Under the pieces are notes generated by a model that searched no databases, had not been told where the DNA came from, and worked only from the letters and a program-made list of their open reading frames with translations. The position numbers and the translations under genes were made by a program. A stretch of DNA of 64,000 nt from Acidobacteriota bacterium (lineage in GTDB: Bacteria; Acidobacteriota; Terriglobia; Terriglobales; Acidobacteriaceae): assembly GCA_021790995.1 (NCBI GenBank), contig JAJYFA010000001.1:5520-69519 (forward strand), read 5' to 3'. Positions 54,200 to 62,814 of this stretch are shown here, in pieces. Within the stretch, counting starts at the first letter, position 1. Every line of letters begins with the position of its first letter.

Positions 54200-55546
54200 T
54201 CATGGGGTATTTGCTGTCATCGAAACTCGTTCCGGATCTGCCACTGGCAGCTCCGTGCGTTTACGCACCATGTTCGCAGTGAAGCTGTCTCGCCGCGTCT
54301 GGTGCTCGCTCCGCATCTGCAGGAAATGATCGAGCGCAGCCTGTGCCTGTTTCTGGTCGTGCAGCTTGCGGAAAATCTGCGCCAATTTGTAATAGGAACT
54401 CATGGCGCGGTCGTTCGCCGGATCGGCGGCAATAGCCTGGTCGAACTCGCGGACGGCGTCTTGGAGTTCTCCCATCTTTGCCAGTCCATCGCCGAGATAG
54501 TAGTGGGCATCGCTCAGACCGGGATCCGCTTTTAGTGCCTGCCGAAGAAGCTGAACGCCCTCGGCAGGGTTCTGGTTGAGCACCAACAGGCTGCCGAGCT
54601 TATATATCGAGGAAACTGCGTAGGGATCGATATCGAGTTCCTCCTGGTAAAGCACGGCGGCCTTGTCCAGTTGCCCGACAACCCAGTATTGGTCGGCCAG
54701 CGATTCGTGGAGACCCGGCTGCCGAGGAGCCATCTTCACCGCAACCTCCAGCTCGCTGATGGCCTCTTGATTGCGATTGGCCTGCGCGTAGGCATCGGCC
54801 AGCACCTGATGCACACGCACCGAGTCGCGGTCGAGCTGGAACATCTCGGCATACGACGCATTCGCCACGCGGTAGTAGGCCCGTCCGCGTTGATAAAGAA
54901 TATCGATGTTCTTAGGGTCGAGGGCATAGGCTTTGTCGAGCGCTACAATCGCCCGCTGCGGATCGTTTTCAGCCAGCAGGCTGATGCCCAGCCACAAATA
55001 GGCGTTGGCGCCGCCCGGGTCGATCGCGGTCTCGCGCTCCAGCCGCTTCTCGGCTTCCTCGAATCGGTTCTGGCGGTAGGCGATAATACCCAGAAAGAGA
55101 TTGGTGCCGCGTAGTTGGGGCTTCAAGTTCAGGGCCTTTTCCAGGGCAGCGCGAGCCTTGTCCAGGTGGCCCGCCTGGAACAACGCGAGACCCAAGTTGA
55201 GATGGCCTTCGGCAAAGGCGGGAGTGGACCGCGTGACAGTGGTGTAGGCTTGGATTGCCGCGCTGAAATTGCCTGCCGCCATGGCTTCGCCGCCTTGTTG
55301 CATGGCTTGGCGAATGTTTTGATCCGTTGCCGCCTGCGCAAAGACCAGATGCCCTATTCCCAGAACAGCAGCGCCAAAGGCAAAGAGTAAACTCCTGCGC
55401 AGACATCTCTGCAGCGGCTCCTTTGCCTTGGGAACCTTTGAGTCGGGGTCGGACTGGATGAATGGCAGATGGATAAACTGGCTCCCGGGTGCGCTCGATT
55501 CAGCCCGACTTGCGCATGCTGGACGAAATCTGCATACCCCTATCAA
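54200..55546 (-). CDS. Secreted TPR-repeat protein (paralog of 36821-38032)
   Basis: 448-aa ORF opening with TTG. The signal-like RRSLLFAFGAAVLGIGHLVFAQA only begins around residue 50, so the true start is uncertain. TPRs run throughout, and the C-terminal helix is homologous to that of the 36821 product. Confidence 0.7.
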   Translation of the reverse strand: MIGVCRFRPACASRAESSAPGSQFIHLPFIQSDPDSKVPKAKEPLQRCLRRSLLFAFGAAVLGIGHLVFAQAATDQNIRQAMQQGGEAMAAGNFSAAIQAYTTVTRSTPAFAEGHLNLGLALFQAGHLDKARAALEKALNLKPQLRGTNLFLGIIAYRQNRFEEAEKRLERETAIDPGGANAYLWLGISLLAENDPQRAIVALDKAYALDPKNIDILYQRGRAYYRVANASYAEMFQLDRDSVRVHQVLADAYAQANRNQEAISELEVAVKMAPRQPGLHESLADQYWVVGQLDKAAVLYQEELDIDPYAVSSIYKLGSLLVLNQNPAEGVQLLRQALKADPGLSDAHYYLGDGLAKMGELQDAVREFDQAIAADPANDRAMSSYYKLAQIFRKLHDQKQAQAALDHFLQMRSEHQTRRDSFTANMVRKRTELPVADPERVSMTANTP

Positions 55547-55607
55547 AAATCACCAAGATTCAATCACCACTTGCCCTCATTTGTCACGCTCTTAACAGCT
55601 TTGCGGC

Positions 55608-55695
55608 ACGTTAAGCGGGCAACTTATTTATCCTCAGGTTCTTATACGAAGTTGCCGAGAAGGACGCCGATACAAAACCAGGACGTTAAGCGGGC
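55608..55695. promoter_or_regulatory. Two exact 13-bp direct repeats ACGTTAAGCGGGC in a divergent promoter region
   Basis: The copies lie at 55608-55620 and 55683-55695, spaced 75 bp start to start. They sit between the TPR gene (minus strand) and the wHTH-TolB_N-TPR gene (plus strand). Confidence 0.4.
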
Positions 55696-55752
55696 CAAAA
55701 TTCGCAATTTGACCGGTGGTATAGTAGGGAACTGGAGAGGAAATGGGACAGG

Positions 55753-57732
55753 ATGCCGACAGCGGGAAAATCCGCGCTTCGGGAACCCGAGATGCTAGGC
55801 CCGGATCGGGCAGCGCAGGTCCGTCAACATCTCGAGGATGTATTGGCGAGCCACGCGTTTGCAGGCAGTAAGCGCACCCAGGATTTTCTCCGCCTGATCG
55901 TCGGGCACGCTCTCCACAGCGAGACTGACCTTCTTCGGGAACGCATGATCGGGGCGGAGATGTTCGGCCGCCCTGTCGGCTATGACACCGGGAACGACTC
56001 CATCGTGCGCGTTCGAGCAAACGAAGTTCGAAAAAAACTTCATCAATACTATAGCGAACTGATAGGTGGGGGGCCTGCGGTTAAGATTGAGCTGCCCAGC
56101 GGCTCCTATGTCCCCAGGTTCATCTTTGAACCCGTTGAGGCGGCGCCGGCGCCGCAGCAGAACGCTGCTGTCTCCGCGCCTGTTGAGCAGCCGACACGAA
56201 CCCCCAATGCTGCCGCCGGCTTTGCTGCCTCCATACACAACCACCGGCGCGCCCTGCGCTTTGCCGCAGGTGCGGCGCTCGCTCTTATGCTGCTGGCCAC
56301 GACAGGCTACGTTATCTTCAACAGATGGCAGGGCAGCTCAAATTCTCAGACGGGGCTGCGCTCCATTGCCATCCTGCCCCTAGCGAATCTTTCCGGCGAA
56401 CCCCAGCAGGACTATTTTGCCGACGGAATTACGGAGGAGCTGATCAACGATCTTGGTCAGGTTTCAAACCTTCGCGTCATTTCACTCACGTCTTCATTGA
56501 GCTACAAGGGAACGCATAAGAATCTTCCGGAGATTGCGCGTGAGCTGAACGTGCAGGGCGTGGTCGAGGGGGGTGTCCTGCGCGATGGCAATCAGGTTCG
56601 CATCAGTGTTCAGTTGATCGACGTTAGAAAAGACAGGCCTGTCTGGGCGCACACTTACATCCGCGATCTTACCAGCGTCCTGGCGTGGCAGGGAGAGGTC
56701 GCACGCGCCATCGCCGATGAGATCAGCGTCGATGTGACTCCGCAGGAGCAGGCCCTTCTCGCCCACAAAGCCACAATCGATCCCAAGGCGCAGGATCTCT
56801 ACTTGCATGGAGTTCTCATGCGCAACAAGGATGACTGCAAGAGCGCGATCGAGTATTTTAACCGTGCCATCGAAGTTGCTCCCGGCTACGCCCAGGCGCA
56901 TTCGGCCCTTGCCACCTGTTACGGCATGCTCGGCGAGTCCGGTCGCATGACCTACGCTGATGCGCTGACACAGCAAAAGGCTGAGGCGCTCAAGGCCATC
57001 GAGCTGGATAATTCCCTGTCTGAAGCTCACGCGGAACTCGCCAATACAGCCATGACGCGCGATTGGGACTGGCAGACAGCGGACGCTGAATTTCGCAGCG
57101 CGCTCGCTCTGAACCCCAATTCGGCAACAAACCACGAGAAATACGCCTTCTACCTGGTGCGCACGGGACGTCCGAAAGAGGCTATGGCTGAGATCGAGCG
57201 TAGCGTAGATCTCGATCCGATCTCCAGCAGCACCCTCCATGCCGAGGGATTCATCTACTATTTTGCTCGCCAATACGATCGTGCCCTTGCGGTGACCCGC
57301 ACCGCCCGCGGGCTCGGGATCAACCTTGCCGACTGGAGTTTTCTTAAGGGCGATATCTACACCGAGATGGGCAGGTATTCTGAATCGATCGCGGCATTCA
57401 TCAAGTCCGGTAGCGGCCCTTATTCCCTTGGTCATCTCGGCAACGTCTACGCGCGCGCGGGCAAAAGGCACGAAGCATTGCAGGTCATTGCGCGTCTTCA
57501 GCAGGACGTTCAGAAAAACGGAGTAGGGCGATATGAGATTGCGCTGGTTTACGCGGGTTTGGGCGACAAAAAGAGTGCTTTCCAGTGGCTTGAGAATGCC
57601 TATCGCGCCCATGACGTAGGTCTCGTCTACCTTGCCGTCGACCCTTGCCTCGATCCCTTGCGCAGCGATCCGCGCTTTGACGGCCTGCTCAAGGCGGTCG
57701 GACTCCAGGCTGCGCAGGCGGCAGGCAAATGA
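55753..57732 (+). CDS. Membrane-anchored protein with winged-helix-like N-terminal module, TolB-N-like domain and C-terminal TPRs (putative one-component regulator)
   Basis: 659 aa. The N-terminal LEDVLASHAFAGSKRTQDFLRLIV......MIGAEMFGRPVGYDTGNDSIVRVRANEVRKKLHQYY...IELPSGSYVPRF is a recurrent acidobacterial regulatory module. The TM segment is ALRFAAGAALALMLLATTGYVIF. SIAILPLANLSGEPQQDYFADGITEELINDLGQVSNLRVIS is TolB_N-like. TPRs follow. Confidence 0.7.
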   Translation: MPTAGKSALREPEMLGPDRAAQVRQHLEDVLASHAFAGSKRTQDFLRLIVGHALHSETDLLRERMIGAEMFGRPVGYDTGNDSIVRVRANEVRKKLHQYYSELIGGGPAVKIELPSGSYVPRFIFEPVEAAPAPQQNAAVSAPVEQPTRTPNAAAGFAASIHNHRRALRFAAGAALALMLLATTGYVIFNRWQGSSNSQTGLRSIAILPLANLSGEPQQDYFADGITEELINDLGQVSNLRVISLTSSLSYKGTHKNLPEIARELNVQGVVEGGVLRDGNQVRISVQLIDVRKDRPVWAHTYIRDLTSVLAWQGEVARAIADEISVDVTPQEQALLAHKATIDPKAQDLYLHGVLMRNKDDCKSAIEYFNRAIEVAPGYAQAHSALATCYGMLGESGRMTYADALTQQKAEALKAIELDNSLSEAHAELANTAMTRDWDWQTADAEFRSALALNPNSATNHEKYAFYLVRTGRPKEAMAEIERSVDLDPISSSTLHAEGFIYYFARQYDRALAVTRTARGLGINLADWSFLKGDIYTEMGRYSESIAAFIKSGSGPYSLGHLGNVYARAGKRHEALQVIARLQQDVQKNGVGRYEIALVYAGLGDKKSAFQWLENAYRAHDVGLVYLAVDPCLDPLRSDPRFDGLLKAVGLQAAQAAGK

Positions 57733-57739
57733 TTCCTAT

Positions 57740-57964
57740 ATGGCAGGAGGCGTTGTCCTGAATCAGAATCGCTCCTTGCCGGCGGTACCGCAGAGCGAGT
57801 TGTTCGAGGAATCCGAGGTACGTGCCGGCATTGAAGACGGTGTCCTGGCGGTAGTCGAACCGTGTGCGCCAAGGTTCGATGGTGCCGAAAATCTTCACAC
57901 TTTTGCGTTTTCCGGTTACGGGGATTTCCGGTGGACGCCCGACGCGGCTCGGGCGGAATGCGCT
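57740..57964 (-). pseudogene. IS630/Tc1-mariner-family DDE transposase fragment (about 75 internal codons, truncated at both ends)
   Basis: The minus-strand frame reads SAFRPSRVGRPPEIPVTGKRKSVKIFGTIEPWRTRFDYRQDTVFNAGTYLGFLEQLALRYRRQGAILIQDNASCH. This is the IS630 core up to the second catalytic D (DNAS.H). It has no start codon and an upstream in-frame stop, and similarity ends at the stop of the neighbouring gene. Confidence 0.7.
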
Positions 57965-58062
57965 TCAAAAGAAGCGATGGAATCCGCTGACTGATCGAGA
58001 CCAGATTACCCCAGCTTTTGCGTGCGGCGCGAGAGTTGGGGCAATCGCTTTAAGACGCTTTC

Positions 58063-59496
58063 TTACTGCAACTTGTAGGGCGTTTCCGGCTGGGAAACTG
58101 CATCAGGAACCTTCGGCAGCTCTGCCGGGTCGATCGCGGCCGCGCCCGCCAGTCCCACGCCCGTCACATTCGAGATGCTCAGAAGCGGCCCTTCAAGACC
58201 TGTCAGCTTCACGTTGTGAATCACCACATTCTTCATGTTCGCAAGCTCTATTCCGTGTTTGCATGATCCCGTAACGCTGGTGAGTGAGAAGCCTACCAGC
58301 GGCTTGCGCGGATGAATCTCTGTGGCCTTTACAAGCAGAGGCAGGTCGGTGACGCGAATGTTCGAGAAGTGAAACTCGCGGAAGAGCGGAATGCCCGCGT
58401 CGCCGGGAACGGGAAATTCGTCCTGCTTGCCGCTGTTCAGATTGTTGATGCGCAGGAATCCCTGCCTCGCGCCCGAGGCTTCAAAGCCATTGACCACGAT
58501 GTTCTCGACAAACGCACCGCGCCCCGGGCGGCTCTTGATGTAAATGGCGTGGCTGCGCGCGCTCAGGCACTTGCATTGCTCAATGACGACGTTGCGGATA
58601 CCCGCCGAGGTCTCACTGCCGATGCCGATGCAGGCGAAGTACCTGTCACTGAAGGTGCAGTTTGAGATGCGCACATTTTCGCACGGGCGATTGATCGTGT
58701 TCCCTTCTTCGCCCCGGCCCGACTTGAGCGAGATACAGTCGTCGCTGGTCTCGAAGGTGCAGCCGTCTATGGTGACGTTGCGGCAGGAGTCCACGTCGAT
58801 GCCATCGGCGCCGCTATGGAAGACAACATTTTTGAACGTCACATTCTCGCAGTAAACAGGATGTGTGGACCACATGCCGGTCTGGATGGTGACGCAGTCT
58901 TCGACGCGCACATTGCGGCAGTTGGTGAACTCGATCAGCGCGGGCAGTCGCATCCGGGTTGTTCGTTCCACACGGCCGCGGATGGCGTCGCTGGCAACGA
59001 TCCGGCCCGGACCCACGATGCCGATATTCTCGGCGTCCGCGGCGGAGATGAGCGCGCCGTAGCCCTTGATCCAGCGGCCTTCCCAGCGCACCTCGGCGAT
59101 TGGGTAGTCGGCCATGCTCCCTGAGCCGAGCAGGCTGGCGCCATCCTCAAGACGCAGCGTGACATTGCTGCGCAGCGCGAGTGCCCCGGTCGCATAATCG
59201 CCTGCGGGAACCACGACCTCGCCGCCGCCCAGCACCGAGCAGCGCTCGATGGCAAGTTGCAGCGCCACGGTGTCGCTGGTTTTTCCGTCGCCGGTTGCGC
59301 CCAGATCCTTCACGTTGAGCGTTACCTTTGGTCCGGCCGCCGGCTTCGCGGAGGCGTGCGCGGCTCGGGACTGCACCGGTTGCGCGAGTCCAAGACTGGC
59401 CAATCCCGCTGCAACTGGTCCCGCCGCAACAGGCGCTGCAACGGCTCCGCGCACCGCCGATTTCAGAAACTCTCTTCTGTTTGCCAATGTGCTCAT
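58063..59496 (-). CDS. Glycoside hydrolase family 28 (polygalacturonase/rhamnogalacturonase-like, right-handed beta-helix) with Tat signal
   Basis: 477 aa with Tat motif MSTLANRREFLKSAV. Contains VKDLGATGDGKTSDTVALQLAIE and the GH28 active-site region SGADGIDVDSCRNVTIDGCTFETSDDCISLKSGRG...RISNC. Confidence 0.85.
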   Translation of the reverse strand: MSTLANRREFLKSAVRGAVAAPVAAGPVAAGLASLGLAQPVQSRAAHASAKPAAGPKVTLNVKDLGATGDGKTSDTVALQLAIERCSVLGGGEVVVPAGDYATGALALRSNVTLRLEDGASLLGSGSMADYPIAEVRWEGRWIKGYGALISAADAENIGIVGPGRIVASDAIRGRVERTTRMRLPALIEFTNCRNVRVEDCVTIQTGMWSTHPVYCENVTFKNVVFHSGADGIDVDSCRNVTIDGCTFETSDDCISLKSGRGEEGNTINRPCENVRISNCTFSDRYFACIGIGSETSAGIRNVVIEQCKCLSARSHAIYIKSRPGRGAFVENIVVNGFEASGARQGFLRINNLNSGKQDEFPVPGDAGIPLFREFHFSNIRVTDLPLLVKATEIHPRKPLVGFSLTSVTGSCKHGIELANMKNVVIHNVKLTGLEGPLLSISNVTGVGLAGAAAIDPAELPKVPDAVSQPETPYKLQ

Positions 59497-60049
59497 CGTC
59501 TCAGATCCCCCAAGTCATAAAGACGAATGCCACGTTCCTAAAGCCGCAAAGGCTCGCAGCCTGGCCAAGGAGTCTGCCGAAAGACCTTGAGGCCGCTTGC
59601 AAGATTCGCCACTCTGCGTTGCCGATCGTTTCCTGCTTTCGGCGCATACTCTTTTTACGGCACTCGAATCAAACCCGAGTGCGTATTTGCATCCACGAAC
59701 CACGGTCCACCGGTTTACTGATCACTGACCACTGTCATTTGCTCCTAACCCCAATGCCATCAGGATTCTGGCTGCAAACCACTGAAAGGAGAGAATTTGC
59801 CTCATTTAGCTCTCGCTAAGGCCAAGAAAACAAGGAGCTTCTATACAGAAACCGTAGGGGGGGGCGCCCTGTTCCACGGATAAAGTAGCCTCACGATGAG
59901 GCTATTCGACAACCTGTGAAGCCGCCCCTTTCAGGGCCAATCTTTCGCCCCCGGCCGTCTCTCCAACATTCCGAGGGGGTAAACCTGCTGGTCCCAAAGC
60001 GTTACCAGACGCATTTTCATCGTTGCAAAGCGAGCAAAAGGCTTTTAAG

Positions 60050-61660
60050 ATGCGTCAATTGAAGGAAATGTCTCTCACTGTCTCAAACACGCCTGGATCG
60101 AAGCTCGCAGCAGCCCCGGCAGCGCTGCGCCTGCGTGTGGGCAAGCTGTGCATCGCAGTCCAGGGAACGGACCAGAAGGAGCTTTTTTCGCGCGCTACAT
60201 CCGCGCTTAATGACTCTATTTTCATTGAGTTCCGTCTCGACAGCCTGGCGAAGCCGGCGGCTGCGCTGCCCGACCTCAAGGCATTTCTCGCCCGTCACCG
60301 CGAGGTAACCGCCATCGCCACCTGCCGCCGCAAAGCCTTTGGTGGCAACTTCACAGGTTCGCTCAGCTCTGAGATCGAGATTCTTGAGAAGGCCGCCACA
60401 CTGGGCTGTCATATCGTCGATCTCGAGGTCGAGTCGGCCGAACAAGCCACCCGGCCGCAACTAGCCCGGTTCCGCGCCACTCTCCGTGCTGCCGGAACCG
60501 CTCTCCTGATCAGTTCCCACGACTTCAGCCGCACGCGTCGCCCCGACGGCCTGATCCAGACCGCCCAGCGCATCGTCGCCTTCGAACCGGAGTTCGTGAA
60601 AGTCGTCTCGACCGCACGCAGCCTCTCCGACAACCTCTCCGTGCTGCGCATGGTCGAGGACCAGTCGCTCAATTCACATATGGTGGGCATTGCCATGGGC
60701 GAGGAGGGACTGATCAGCCGCGTGCTCAGTCCACGGGCTGGCGCCGTGTTCACCTTCGCCTCAGCGGCCGAGGGAGCCGAAACCGCTCCCGGCCAGGTTT
60801 CTGCGCGCACCCTTCTGGATGTCTACCGTTTGGAGCAACTCGACCAGGCTACGCGCATCTACGGGGTCGCGGGCAATCCCATCGCACACTCGCTTTCGCC
60901 CCTCATGCACGTCACGGCGTTTCGGCGTGAAAACCTGAATGCCGTCATGTTGCCGCTCAAGGCGCGCTCGGTCGACGATCTGCTCACCGTGATCCGCGAG
61001 CTTCCGCTGGTTGGCGTGGCCGTGACCATGCCGCTCAAGCAGGAGGTGCTGCCCCACCTGGCCAACATGGACCCGCTCACGGCGAAGATCGGCGCGTGCA
61101 ACACGCTGCGCACGGGCGCGGACGGCAAGCTCTATGGTTTCAACACCGACGTGGCCGGCGTGGTACGGCCGCTCGAACGGCGCATGAAGCTCAAGGGCGC
61201 GCGCATTCTCGTGCTGGGCGCCGGGGGCGCGGCACGGGCCGCTGTCTTCGGGCTGGTAGAGCAGGGCGCAGAAGTCTACGTCGTCAACCGCACCCACGAA
61301 AAGGCCGTGGCTCTGGCGCGCAAGGCCAAGGCGCACGTCCTTAAGCAAAACGCACTCGCCAAGCAGCATTTTGACGCCATCGTCAATACCACTCCCTGCG
61401 GCATGACCGGCATCAAACAGCAGTTGCCGATCAACGAGGACGAGCTTAACGCTTCGCTGGTCTTCGACATGGTCTACACGCCGATTGAGACCCCGCTGCT
61501 CCAGCTTGCCAGGGCGCGCGGACTCACCGTCGTCAGCGGCGTGGAAATGTTCGTGCAGCAGGGCGCGCGGCAGTTCGAGATCTGGACCGGCAAACCGGCG
61601 CCGGAAAACGAGATGCTGCGCGTGGTTGAGCTCGAACTTCGCCGCCGCGCGCAATCCTAG
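60050..61660 (+). CDS. aroDE: Bifunctional 3-dehydroquinate dehydratase (type I) / shikimate 5-dehydrogenase
   Basis: The N-terminal half is AroD-like (IEFRLDSL..., HIVDLEVE, LISSHDF, FVKVVSTA). The C-terminal half is AroE-like (YGVAGNPIAHSLSPLMH, GVAVTMPLK, NTD, VLGAGGAARA). The start is ambiguous among ATG 60050, ATG 60068 and TTG 60023. Confidence 0.85.
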   Translation: MRQLKEMSLTVSNTPGSKLAAAPAALRLRVGKLCIAVQGTDQKELFSRATSALNDSIFIEFRLDSLAKPAAALPDLKAFLARHREVTAIATCRRKAFGGNFTGSLSSEIEILEKAATLGCHIVDLEVESAEQATRPQLARFRATLRAAGTALLISSHDFSRTRRPDGLIQTAQRIVAFEPEFVKVVSTARSLSDNLSVLRMVEDQSLNSHMVGIAMGEEGLISRVLSPRAGAVFTFASAAEGAETAPGQVSARTLLDVYRLEQLDQATRIYGVAGNPIAHSLSPLMHVTAFRRENLNAVMLPLKARSVDDLLTVIRELPLVGVAVTMPLKQEVLPHLANMDPLTAKIGACNTLRTGADGKLYGFNTDVAGVVRPLERRMKLKGARILVLGAGGAARAAVFGLVEQGAEVYVVNRTHEKAVALARKAKAHVLKQNALAKQHFDAIVNTTPCGMTGIKQQLPINEDELNASLVFDMVYTPIETPLLQLARARGLTVVSGVEMFVQQGARQFEIWTGKPAPENEMLRVVELELRRRAQS

Positions 61661-61714
61661 CCCCGCTGGCTCTGCTGCTTCTTCCGCGCCAATCTTGTGC
61701 TCGGAGGCACTTTC

Positions 61715-62710
61715 ATGCGCGCCGCCGTCTTCGATTCCACGTCCGCAACCTCACCCGGCGCCTGGCTTTCGCTCGAAGAGACTCCGCGGCCTGAGATCGG
61801 ACCCGGTGAAGTGCTGCTCAAGATTCTCGCCTGCGGTGTCTGCCGCACCGATTTGCACATCGTCGAACGCGACCTTGCGCCCATTCAGCCGCGCCTCATC
61901 CCCGGCCATCAGATCGTGGGAGAAGTGATAGAAGGCGCAACCGCGGCCCTCCCCGCCGGAACGCGCGTGGGTGTCTCCTGGATGGGAGGCGTCGACGGCG
62001 ATTGCTGGTTCTGCCGCCATGGCATGGAAAATCTCTGCGATCGCCCTGTCTTTACTGGCTTTTCGGTGAACGGCGGCTACGCGGAGTTCGCGGTAGTGCG
62101 CGCCGATTTCGCCAACCCCCTGCCCGCTGGACTCGAACCGATCCACGCCGCGCCGCTGCTCTGCGCAGGCATCATCGGCTTCCGCAGCCTGCGTGTGGCC
62201 GGCGTCGAACGCGGCGAGCGCGTGGGCCTCTATGGCTTCGGCAGCTCCGCCTCCCTCGCCATTCGCGTTCTTCGCGCCTGGGGCTGCCAGGTTTATGTGG
62301 TGACGCGCGGCGAGCAGCACCGCAAGGCTGCCGAATCGCTCGGAGCCGAGTGGGTGGGCGGCGAGGACGCGAAGCCACCTGTCCCGCTCGATCGCGCCAT
62401 CACTTTCGCGCCCGCCGGCAAAGTTGTCGTGGATGCGCTCTCGGCGCTGCGCAAGGGCGGCGTGGCCGCCATCAACGCCATTCACCTCGACCAGGTGCCC
62501 GCCTTCGACTACGACCGCCTGCTCTGGGGTGAGCGCCAGTTGCGCAGCGTGGCCAACATGACGCGCCAGGACGCGCGCGACTTTCTCACTCTTGCGCGTG
62601 AACTCAATTTCCGCCCCGCCGCAGCCGTGTTTTCTCTCGATGAGGCCAACCGCGCTCTCGAAGCTGTGAAGCACGAAACCGCGGACGGCTCCGCGGTCAT
62701 TGTGCCATAG
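61715..62710 (+). CDS. Zinc-dependent alcohol dehydrogenase family (MDR) oxidoreductase
   Basis: The ATG at 61715 sits behind the RBS ggagg. Contains CGVCRTDLH, GHQIVGEV, the structural-zinc motif CWFCRHGMENLC, and the Rossmann motif GLYGFGSSA. Confidence 0.85.
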   Translation: MRAAVFDSTSATSPGAWLSLEETPRPEIGPGEVLLKILACGVCRTDLHIVERDLAPIQPRLIPGHQIVGEVIEGATAALPAGTRVGVSWMGGVDGDCWFCRHGMENLCDRPVFTGFSVNGGYAEFAVVRADFANPLPAGLEPIHAAPLLCAGIIGFRSLRVAGVERGERVGLYGFGSSASLAIRVLRAWGCQVYVVTRGEQHRKAAESLGAEWVGGEDAKPPVPLDRAITFAPAGKVVVDALSALRKGGVAAINAIHLDQVPAFDYDRLLWGERQLRSVANMTRQDARDFLTLARELNFRPAAAVFSLDEANRALEAVKHETADGSAVIVP

Positions 62711-62814
62711 AACGAGCGTGCATCAGCCTGCGTGCGCACGAAGTACCGGCGTGCTGGGTATTGAATCACACTGCTGGACGCTCAGCCGAATTGCTAACGC
62801 TTTCTGCTCTTGCA

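Noticed and set aside
59853-59935. A tmRNA- or other structured-RNA-like look in ggggggggcgccctgttccacgg...ttcgacaacctgtgaagcc.
   Set aside because: There is no tRNA-like T-arm (GGTTCGA..) or CCA end downstream, no resume-codon/tag ORF pattern, and the region is far too short. The similarity to the tmRNA 5' end is superficial.
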